A stretch of DNA of 64,000 nt from Mytilus californianus. Lineage: Eukaryota. The stretch is from assembly GCF_021869535.1 (NCBI RefSeq), contig NW_026262581.1, positions 30,566,001-30,630,000 of the forward strand, written 5' to 3'. Positions 12,761 to 23,900 of the stretch are shown here, in pieces (position 1 is the stretch's first letter; each line of letters starts with the position of its first letter). The position numbers and the translations under genes are program-made. Under the pieces are notes generated by a model. It saw only the letters and a list, made by a program, of their open reading frames with translations. It was not told the DNA's origin and searched no databases.

Positions 12761-13335
12761 CTAGCTTTTTTCTTATGTATTTCTGTTTTCAACAACTTAC
12801 CAAAAAAAAACCTAATAAACATGAAATAGCACAATATACTTAGTGAGTATAAAAACACATCCAAACTGGAAAATATAAAAATGTTGACAGAGTATAATGA
12901 GAGTATATGAATAAATAAATGAATGAATGAATGGATAAATTAAAGATTATTTCTTAAGAACAATTACATTTTTACTAAAAGTTTGTGGGACTGATGAAGG
13001 TAGGGTAATTTTACAAGCCACTGGAAAATGAAGGCCCGAAATTAGCCTTGCAGGAAAAAAAGTTCAACATAAATCGCCTTTTAACAGACAAAGAACGTGA
13101 CATTCTTCTTTTTAATTTTTTCAGTAAAACAGTAACGAGGTCACAGACTGTTCACAGAACGTCCACATATGCACTTAATATTTAGGATCCATTTATACAG
13201 TGTGTAGGTTTCAACTCCATCACGAAAGTCGACATTGGATGGATTTGGTTATTACCTTTATGTCCTTTTTGGTCATATATAGCTTTACAAATGTTTCGGT
13301 TCTCATACATTTTTGACTTTCAAATATTCGGCCTT

Positions 13336-13379
13336 GAACATTCTTGATTGAGGTAAATCCAGAAAAGCGCTTCGGACGC
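13336..13379 (+). ncRNA. Degenerate minimal type-I hammerhead-ribozyme-like motif
   Basis: gaacattc-TTGATTGA-ggtaaatcca-GAAA-AGCGCT-TC-ggacgc. GAAA, the self-complementary stem III (AGCGCT), the UUC cleavage triplet and the 3' stem I strand are intact. The CUGAUGA box is mutated. Confidence 0.5.
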
Positions 13380-14610
13380 ATGAAATTTATAAAGTGTTTT
13401 TTTTTTTATTTTTCCGATACAGTGTGTAGAGGTAGAAATACTCTTCTTCTTATTTTTTGTATAAATAATGCATGTATTAAAAGTTCTAAAAGAGCAGAAA
13501 TGCTAACATTATGTGAAACTATAATGTTATGGATCCATATCATTGTGTACGGATTTTGCCTAATAAGCGATTTTCCCTTTTTCTTCTATCTTTTTTGAAG
13601 TTTTGCATATATATCATATATCAGAGTGAAAATGTCTTACCTTATACGAAATCTTTATAATGTATTAATGTCCTTTTCCAAAATAGTTATGGATTGATAT
13701 ATAAACCTTACTATTCACTATAGCTGTAGGCGCTGAATTCAACAGATGTCATTTTTTCATCGTTTGATCGATAGATCGATCGTTATCATCTGGCGGAGCC
13801 TATTAATAATGCTACCAAGAAAATATTGCTTTCAATATAATAATTTCACAAACCGACAGTGCCTGTAGCAAAATATGTCAGTTTATCACATGATTAATTC
13901 CTTTCAGTATTCAATCTTATACTATTAGGATATTTTTATATTGGATATGATAAAAGTGTCACCTCTGGTCACTTGGTGGGTGAAAATTGGACAATTAAGG
14001 CCTTTATTGTTTACAGTTTATAATTTGACACGAGAAGTTTCATGACTTTTTTCTTGTGGCCTTGTCACTTGAGTTAACGATCATATTTTTTTTTATTATT
14101 GATCTAAAAGGAATGACCACCTTTACCGATCAAGGCAAAAAGACCAACTTTCATATGCACAACAGTAAAAACACACGCAAAAAAAAACTTGCAAAGTATA
14201 TATCAGAAGAATAAGCTTTGACAAATGTGGATCCTATTTTCGTAATGCTAATGACTACTTTATAAAGATAAAGACTGCTGGAAAAATTACAAATTTCAGC
14301 TTAATAATTTCTTGTATTTGTTTATTTATAGGACAAATAGTATCAAACCCCAATACCGCGTGTTTTAGAGTGCTTGGAATGAATCCGAGTTAAGTGTGGC
14401 TTGATAATTTTCGGACTTTGCTCGACATTTAAATTCTAGACCCTCGACACTCCCCCCAAACCACAAAATTAAACAATGAAAAGAAATTTTGAGGTCAATG
14501 TTTTGTCTGAATGTAACAACATTTTCTATTTAAACAGGATTTGGCTGATTTCAGGGCTTTGTTTTGATGCTCTGAGATTTTATGTACTGCATTCCAAACG
14601 TAAAATAGAC

Positions 14611-14648
14611 AGCATACCTGATGAAAGTTCTTCCAAGTAAACCTGTGC
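14611..14648 (+). ncRNA. Third, more decayed hammerhead-like motif
   Basis: agcatac-CTGATGA-aagttcttcca-agtaaacc. The CUGAUGA box is intact and the stem II spacing is similar, but the 3' half is degraded. Confidence 0.3.
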
Positions 14649-15979
14649 AAATTTAACAGAATTCAAAAATTCAAGAAATCAAAGAATTTAGATTTTATTT
14701 TCGTTCTTTTATATTCTAGGTTTCTTTACAAAGGAAAGTGTTAATTGCATGCCGAAACACAGAGGCTCGTATCATAGATGTTTTTGGGTCTGAATTAAGT
14801 GCCATCGACAGGTATGCATTTTAGATTGTGTATGTACGCAATCTAGAACGCATACCAGTCGACTAGCACATATTTCCAATCCAAAATCATCTATGATATT
14901 GACCCCAGTGCCTGAAATGTCATTTCTGTCTCTTCGGTGTTTTGAAAAATGCATTTCTATTTGAAATTCCAATTTCTTTAATGCTTTGATTATACCGAAA
15001 TGTTAACCACTTTGCTTGATACTAATTTTTTTGGTGACCTTGGGTGTAATATGACTAAACTATTGAAACCAAATTACTCATCCTCATCCACGATAGAATC
15101 ACTTTTAACGGAATCATCTTCGTTGCAGCTTTGTTTTTAAAAGTTCGACGACTCAGTGGTCGATCATCCGAATGACATCCAAATGACATTAGCATGCGTT
15201 TCACGGCGCCTCTTTTTCAAACACAAGACACGAAAGAACTATATAGCTCGACTACACGTTGATAATAACGCTGACAAATTGAATCCCCTAATGTAACATT
15301 ATTATATTTATTAGCTGGACCGGTTTTTCAGTAATGATGTTGTGTTGTGTTTGGGATATTTATCGTTCCATTATTGGAATATAATAAAATTGTCTGGCTT
15401 TCGGACTTCTATGAATTGATTAATGCAGATGAAGATGTAAGAGACGTGGTTAGGATCAATATTACTCCAGCATGATTTTCAGTTTATTAAGACTGTATAA
15501 TATGAAGACTAAAAGGTTTTTTAGAAACATCAGTAACGATGCATTTTGTCTAGGTTTTGTGCAGTGTTCATACTATAATTTTAGAAAATCTATTGTCTTT
15601 GGTTAAAATTAAGGAAAATTGAAACAAATGATGGAATTACCAACACTGAAATTATTTTCAGATACAGAATGCTCAGGCCAAACAAATAAGTATGTGAACG
15701 ATTTCCTCCTTTAGAAAAATAGGGTTGATACGTAAGTTTTTAACCTTGAGTATATTAGAACAATCTGCAATTTTCAGTTCAAAAAAGGAAATTAATTTTT
15801 GTTCAAGGTAGGCATCTTGGGTTTTATAAGGAATGAAGATGAAACACTTAACACAAGAACAAGAATAGCAGGTAAGAGCTGAAAATAAGTTTGCACAAGG
15901 CACGATGAACATGAATATTCCGCAACACAAAATGTCGGAAATAATTGTGTACAAAAGTGTAAATAAAGCTTCGGAAAAA

Positions 15980-16070
15980 ATGCGAAGCAACAGATGAAAA
16001 TGATATATAGTCAATCCGCAACCCCCCCCCCCCCCCCGCCACCACCCGAATTTCAAATGTTTGTCCCCCT
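15980..16070 (-). mobile_element. Terminus-like block of an unclassified dispersed repeat (shared with 49644-49722 and its copies)
   Basis: Minus strand agggggacaaacatttga...G-run...gcggattgactatatatcattttcatctgttgcttcgcat versus atgggacgaccattcga...G-run...gcggattgactatttatttttatctgttgctacgtat. Confidence 0.6.
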
Positions 16071-17794
16071 TGCACATTGCATAGTTGTAGCCGTAGATGC
16101 TATATGATAGCTGACTTTTGTTAAAGTTTTAGCTAAAAGTGATCTATGTGTACTGTTGTTATCAATGTAAGCTGGCTGTATGCATGGAGTTGTTACTTCT
16201 ATTTGAGGTGATTGTGAATCTTTCCTTAGTAAATGTCTGCAATCATCGCAATTCAACTTTTTAAAGAATACAACAGTTTTATATCTATTCTGTAATTTCA
16301 AACGGTTCTCTTTAAACATCTTTAATTGTGAATAAAGTGACCCCTGCTAGTCTGAGTCTTAACTTTGTTCGCGTTTTCCGCACAATTTAAAACATTCCCG
16401 TACAAACATATATTTAATGCATCATCCAGGTTCAATCATCTGGATTTATCACGACTGCTGCCTCTCACACACGTGTGCATACATTTTTGGCAAATAAAGC
16501 ATTATTGCATTAATGATTTAATAATTACAAACTTATGTTCATTTCGCATTATACTTAAAATTTGTTGGGGCAATCGCTGGGTATAAACTTCTTTGTTAAT
16601 TTCTAAGGATATATTAGTGGCAAAAAGAATGATTGCCCCGAAGTAGAGTAAAATACGACTTTTGAATGTTATCATTATAAAAAAATATTTTTCTATAATT
16701 TATATGACGAATATGCTTAAATGTTCCTAACAGCAGTGCATGCGCATGATGCACCTTACTAACATATAATAGACAAAAAATTATTAAAGAAAATCTTAGA
16801 GAGAATTTTCCATCTGAATATATAATCGTCAAATTTGCCAGTATATATGCCTTAAAAAATAGACAAAAAAACGTCTTATGTATAAAATTCGAATTTCCTT
16901 ATTTACTCAAGTGGCAAACTGCGAGCAGAATTAACAATTTCAAACGCCCTGCTCTCATCATCTGAAAATCCATCCTGTCACTAATTTAGGATTAGTTGAT
17001 GGACAGAAAATGCCTACTACTGCTTGTCATGTTTGCGGAATGGATAAGTCTATTGGAATCTCCAAAAATTAATCGGATCTAAACATAATAACAGATGCGA
17101 AATGATATTATGCAATAGATATAGATGATAAAGAATTTATGTTTGGTATGATCAAGGAGGTTGTTACAACTCCTTCATTAGTATGATGTTGGCTCAGTAT
17201 ACCCATGGGTATATAACAAATTCTGGTAAACCAAGATTTCTAAAGCTCTGTGACTGTAATAAATATTTCCATTTTAGAATACTAAATGTATACACCTTCT
17301 CTTCACCCCCCCCCCCCCCCATGAAAAAAAAATTGTCATGTTTGCAGTTATTGCTAAGTACATATTTGCTAGAGGGAACCACAAATGTCAATGAGATAAA
17401 TAAAAAGTACATGAAATGGCAATATTTTCTGAAGTTTTTTCTGAGAATTTTAATCAAATCTAGCAAGCGGTTTAAGAACAGTAACATTCACAGAGAGCTG
17501 GGACGATCGATCAAACGAACCCACGCCCGGATAGCATAAGGTTTCAAAATAAAAGACACCATTTATAAAATATCATCGTCGTAGCCAGAAAACAAAGTTT
17601 TAGCATGAAGCAATAAAACAATAATGAATGGCAATTAAATGCTCTTCCTATGTTCTTTCCTAAATGCATCTGTTACTAAATACTCAGCTCCTTAATTTAT
17701 GTATGTTGATATACATAATGTTTCAGTTTCCATCAACACGTTAAATTGGTATCGCTAAATCCGATGCCTCGTGTAAGGTGAATGTAACGCTTTC

Positions 17795-18412
17795 AGCACG
17801 TAAAAGAACCTCCGGCAACATTTCTCTGAGTGGTCCGTATATACGTGTTTTTGCAAGCGTTCTGCATGTTAAAGAACCCTTGCAACAACTCTCTGAGTTG
17901 TTCGTGTACACGTGTTTTTGCAAGCTTTCTGTACGTAAAAGAACCCTTGCAACAACTCACCGAGTGGTCCGTATACTAATACCACGTGTTTTTGCAAGCT
18001 TTCTCCACGTTAAAGAACCCTTGCAACAACTCTCTGAGTTGTCCTTTTACACGTGTTTTTGCAAGCTTTCTGTACGTAAAAGAACCCTTGCAACAACTCA
18101 CCGAGTGGTCCGTATACTAATACCACGTGTTTTTGCAAGCTTTCTGCACGTTAAAGAACCCTTGCAACAACTCTCTGAGCGGCATGATATACATGTTTTT
18201 GCAAGCTTTCTGCACGTGAAAGAACCCTTGCAACAACTCACCGAGTGGTCCGTATACCACGTGTTTTGGCAAGCTTTCTTCAAGTAAAAGAACCCTTGCA
18301 ACAACTCTCTGAGTTGTCCGTGTACACGTGTTTTTGCAAGCTTTCTGTACGTAAAAGAACCCTTGCAACAACTCACCGAGTGGTCCGTATACACGTGATT
18401 TTGCAAGCTTCC
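17795..18412. repeat. Minisatellite of ~9 units with alternating 67/74-bp monomers (141-bp higher-order repeat)
   Basis: Core aagaacccttgcaacaact starts at 17872, 17939, 18013, 18080, 18154, 18220, 18288 and 18355 (spacings 67, 74, 67, 74, 66, 68, 67). The A units (ctctgagttgtcc) and B units (caccgagtggtcc) alternate. Confidence 0.97.
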
Positions 18413-19203
18413 TGTCCCTATTCAATTGCAACATTACTCCTTTCAAGTGACCGCCTAAATGTCTGGCATTTCATCCAGTCCAGTCTTCTCTGTGAAAAAC
18501 CTTTCTATAGTATTTATTATTATTTTGTTTTCGTCCTGAATATGCATGAAATATTTGCCACTGGACTTTAATCAAACAACAATCAATCAATTGATTCACA
18601 CTGTTTGTTTCTTACTAGTCAGATAATAAACTGGACATTGAATACATCAAATATACATGAATTTACCTTTATGTAAACGTAAATTCAGTCCGAGAACTCG
18701 TACCCGTTCCACCGATATTGCATCTGTTAAAATTGGTCGTGTCTTTTTTTAATTATATATTTAAAGTACTGAATTTCTTCTACTGAGAAACTTTTCAAAT
18801 TTTTAAGAGGTGTTGTATCATTAAACATTATTTAGACAATGTGCAAAGTTAGTCGTTAAAAACTAATAAAACACATTTAAATAAATGCGAAATAGACGAT
18901 CGTTTAGAATATATAAATCAATAAATGACTTTTTCTAAATCTAGATTCTTCACGCATATTGGGTGAATTTCAAGTAGGATATAAGAGCCACTGAGAAAGA
19001 ACGAAAAACACGAATGCTTTATTGTGTTGTTTAATCTAGGTACGTGACGAATTGTTCTGGTTACACGTGACGAATAGTTCTGCAACAGCATGAAATTTTG
19101 TTTGCTTCATTTTGATTTGAAAAAAGTTAAACAGGTTAAGACAATGGTTTGATGGGGTTCGCGTTTCTCAGTCTTTAGTCTTTGAATGTAGTGTATTAAA
19201 TAT

Positions 19204-19545
19204 AAAAAGAAGATGTGGTATGATTGCCAATGAGACAACTATCCACAAGAGACCAAATGACACAGAAATTAACAACTATAGGTCACCGTACGGCCTTCAA
19301 CAATGAGCAAAGCCCATACCGCATAGTCAGCTATAAAAGGCCCCGAAATAACAAATGTAAAACAATTCAAACGAGAAAACTAAATGCCTAATTTATGTAC
19401 AAAATAATAAACGAAAAACAAATATGTTACACAGCAACAAACGACAACCACTGAATTACAGGCTCCTTACTTGGGACAGGCACATACAGAATGTTGCGGG
19501 GTAATACTGGTTTGAAGCCCCCCCCGCCCTTAACCTGGGACTTAA
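19204..19545 (+). mobile_element. High-copy interspersed repeat, family A (unclassified; recalled as a typical Mytilus repeat), nested in another repeat
   Basis: aagatgtggtatgattgccaatgagacaact...ggtcaccgtacggccttcaacaatgagc...ccactgaattacaggctcc. Near-identical copy at 45592 and partial copies at 57430, 58465 and 61230. Confidence 0.85.
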
Positions 19546-20411
19546 TTATAGACAGTATTTTGTTCTTTCTTTATTTATCGTTTTACTCATGGTTTTGTAT
19601 GTCTTTCTTCGACTTGCGAGATTTGATTGTACATCTGGTATCTTCCGCCTCTTTTTAACGTATATTGTCGAAATTGTTACCTAGCAAGAAACCACAAAAG
19701 AAGTAAATTAGTTACGTAATCTAAATTCATGATATTCACACACACAAATAATTTAATTCCCCTTAAGATATCGTGTTTTCGTACATATTCATCCTCCTTT
19801 AAAAAACTATTTAAATATACATTTATTTACGAAACGGGTTTCAAACCTAGGACTACAATGTTTAAAAGGTAGGTTGTGATTTTCTCATCAAATGATGTCT
19901 ATCAAATTAACAGGAGAAGGTAATCTAAAAGAACAAAAAGTACATATATTGAATCTGTTATCCGCTTTGATGAGAACCTATATCATGATGACATAGATCT
20001 ACACCTCGCCACGTATTTAAATGTACTAAATAGCCATTTAACAGTGCCATTTAAGCGAGTGTCATTATAATCCTCTAATTCATTGCTATTAGCATAATTT
20101 TCAGCTTATTAATCAAAATTACCATACAGCGGACGTATTTTAAATGTATTTATACAGAAATATATCGAATACAACGAAAATCACACAACTACGACAGATG
20201 AGATATTTTACCAACTTGGTTGGAATACAATGTATACTCTCTTCTTTTACTTGAGAAAAATTCACCTATATATTATGCGGGAACTTGGTCCCGTCTTTGT
20301 AATCTGTGTTGTAGTCTTTCTTTCATGATTTTATCAATTCTTTTTGCGGGGAACTGCTCATATTGATGTTACATTATTTGGGAACTAGCTTGGACTCGGC
20401 ATGACAACGGG

Positions 20412-20969
20412 ACCTTAAAAGACAATCCAGTCTGCTAACTACATTTTTATTCTGGTTCACAGTCTAATCTTATTTACAACAGTTACAATACAAATTACAT
20501 TTCTTTTCCCAACATAGTTATACACCAAATATTCCGCGATCTAAATCGAACAATAATACAAAACCCGACAATAGTATATACGCGCCATAAATGAACAGTC
20601 AAGTCATTTGTTATCTCCACTTAACTCGTTTACTTTTAATATTTAATCAAGTATCAAAATAAGAATTGTATTTTCAAAAGTTATCTTTACAAAGAAGTTT
20701 AATATCCTTTTTATAAGTTAAGAACCTTTTATTTAAATCATTTACCTTAATATTATTTTTAACTTTGCCTATAATTTATTTAATCTATATCACGATTTTA
20801 CTTGCGAATATGAATAAAATTTACTTTACTGGAAAACATCTTTTAAATCTTTAAACTCATTTCTTCTAAATTTATAAAAGCAATCTATCAAACAACAGTA
20901 AAATATTTACTAACCTTAAAAGACAATCCAGTCTGCTAACTACATTTTTATTCTGGTTCACAGTCTAAT
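20412..20969. repeat. Perfect 57-bp direct repeats flanking a 444-bp AT-rich segment
   Basis: accttaaaagacaatccagtctgctaactacatttttattctggttcacagtctaat is identical at 20412-20468 and 20913-20969. Confidence 0.97.
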
Positions 20970-23900
20970 GAACCAAATAATTTTGCACGACTTTATATAG
21001 CAGAACTGGACTTCATCTGACACGTGAATATTTTGTTACTCAGTACAATAGTTTTCTTTGATCTATTCTAAATAAACAATGAAATATCGGATAAGGGTAG
21101 AATTACTTAATCTTAATTGTTCAAGTCTATTAATTTCAAAAGTATGTATAATTATCTTTATGCCTTCTAAGCTGACACATTTATCAATTAGCCGGGGAAT
21201 ATGTTTGAGACAACGTTATTAAATATGTTTTAAAAGATAAAACACTTACATGATAATTTTAGGAAATTGTTCTATACACAAATTAAACTTTCTTAAACTT
21301 GTTTTATTTGTTTTATTTACGTTCATTTCTTGGTTTACTTATTTTGTAATAAATATTCTCCTTAACTTCTGTGCATTTTTCCATTATTTAACAAAACTTT
21401 ACTTGTAATTTATTAGTAAATACTATCTTTAAATATCACGCATTTTTGCATCATTATATATATAGTTATAAGATTCTATATGTACGTACAGTCTAAAAGT
21501 GTACATTTTGCCCACGTTTCTTTGGAAGAAATGTGACTGCCATATGTTCAAGCGATTTTCAACCAAAAAAATGTTTACATTTTAAACACCAGAAACAGAA
21601 CTTATTTAAAGAATTATAAACAATCAGTCAGAAAATATAACCAAAAGTTCTTGTCATAGAAATTCGATGAAAAATCCCGATCCCTTTGAATTACAAATCA
21701 TTCGAGTATATATTATGCGTAACATTTCAAAGTGTTATTGTCAGTCTCATTGGCAATTTTCGTATAGCTCTGAAATAAGCACTGCTATTAAATGTAATCA
21801 ATAACTATTAAGCAAAGATTCTATCAGGGGAAATTGTATTCAAATAATTTTGCTCCAGCATTACAAATGTCAAATTATACCGAACGGGCAATCAGGGACC
21901 AACATTAACTATGTGTGTAATAATTTACACCGGAAGTAAAGCCACCAACAATCAATCAGTTTTTGTCACAAATTTGATAAATTACTACGCACTTCAACTT
22001 ACTTCTCATTCAAGATATTCTCTGTGCACATTTATACATCACATAAGCAACAAAATACCAACATTTTATTTTGCGCATATTTAGAACCGTCTTTGAAAAT
22101 CTCGAGAACTAGTACAAATGTAGTCTTTAAAAGGTTTGTCAGTTCGGTGGTATATGTATATTAATGAAATTTCAACAAAATAGGTTGGAATCGCATTCCA
22201 TTTTATTTTTTTGTCACAGTATGTACTTCAAATCGTGTTTTTACGGCAATGCTTAAAAAGTTTGATTGAGCTAATATTTCATGCCCGTTTGTCATACAGG
22301 ACAATGGACAAAGTTTAAAAAAACAGTCACACACACAAAATTGAGTCAAATTCCAGTGACGTTATTTAATGTCGGTATCTATTGTGACCACCATGTGCGG
22401 CTAACACTTTTCTACATCTCCTTAGCATCGATCGAATCAACTTTTTGATTATTCGTACTTGTGATATCCTTTGACATTCATATTGCAATTTTGACCGAGT
22501 TGGTCTAATGATTGACTTGGGGGTTAGCGTTGACGGACGCGTCTATCAAGTTCGACCCATAGATGTTCTATGAGGTTCAATTCTGGTCATGGCAATACAA
22601 TATTTGATGTTGTTCTGTGTAAGGAAATAATGTATATTATATACGTGGGTATCTTTGCTGTATTGGGCCGAGCTTTGGCCTGCTGAAAAATCTCCCTCTG
22701 ACATTGAACCAGTTTTATACGCGATAGTTTCACGGTGATTTAATAACAAGTTTCTTGTGGAATACACAAACAATTTGTCTTGCACACTATAACCGCAACC
22801 TTCATTTTTCAGGTCTTATATAAAAATACACTTGCGGCGAGTTTCGAAAATACTCGTACCGGCATTTTGTATTTTAAATACTAGTACACTTTTAATTACT
22901 CGCTTACATATTTAGATATTTAATACCATTTTTATTTATTCATTTTCAAATACAAGTATATTTAAAAAATCTGACATGTTTGTTTCCTTTTTAGCAGAGC
23001 ATATTTTTGATTAGTTACACGTGCATTTTTGTTAAAGTTTAATATAGGTATGTTTAAACAAAGACAAAGTAAAAAAGCAATCTTTTTTTCATTTTAAATA
23101 GTATGTTATTTGAATATTCGCCCATCGATACAGACTGTAATATAGCTTCAACTTAAGAGAAGAATGGTCATTTAAATATTAAATTTGCAACCGCATACTT
23201 TTAGGTAATAATGTAAAAAAATTGTACTTACTAAACACAACAGAGTCGTTCCTTTTTCCTGTTCTCTTCGATGCAATATAAAAATTCGATTCAATCAACT
23301 GATTCTATTGTACATTGACATACACACACACAAAGAAACTTCTGCTAATGTGATTAAACAAGTAATGGGGTGATCGTCATCTTCCAGTCAGCTGCTTAAT
23401 TTGCATGATGATTCATCCCGCACGCGCATATTTTCAGTCTCATAGTTTTTCTCGCTTAGCCGTGAAAAACGTCTGAAAAACTGTGGAATAGCATATCATA
23501 TATTGTGCTTTGTATTTCTTAATAATAATTGCTAAATGGAGATGTTCAAATAAATGTTTTCACAGTTAATTAATATTATCAGTGATAACAATAATTACTG
23601 CTGAATGGTAGCGATGGGACATTGATGAATATGTCTGTATCGATCAGAGAGGAGAAAAACGCTTTTTCATTCATTATAATTGATTCTATGGTAATGAACA
23701 AGACTAATACAGTTAATGATACATGGTTACAAAATATTTAAACGAGATAGAAGGAAAATTATATCATGGAAAAACTGAAAGATATATTTATATAGAGATT
23801 GAAAAATAAGAATAAATTAATTCTAATTATCGTGTAAGTAAATACTAGTGCTGTAGCTTGTTGCAAATATAAATCATAAACAAACACAAAAATTGATTTG

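Noticed and set aside
12985-13060. ctgatgaaggta...cccgaaa as an additional hammerhead
   Set aside because: No pairing stem II, III or I can be drawn around the boxes.
14750-15000. Possible decayed hAT (ZNF862-like) transposase C-terminus on the minus strand (SRLRTYTI*NAYLSMALNSDP)
   Set aside because: The resemblance is weak, it has stops and frameshifts, the ERxFS motif is missing and no TIRs were found.
17778-18571. Repeat array as a CRISPR locus or as repeat-protein genes (track ORFs of 102-169 aa on both strands)
   Set aside because: There are no unique spacers, the whole unit is repeated, no cas genes are present and the context is eukaryotic. The ORFs arise because the 141-bp HOR is a multiple of 3, and the frame breaks at the 66/68-bp units.
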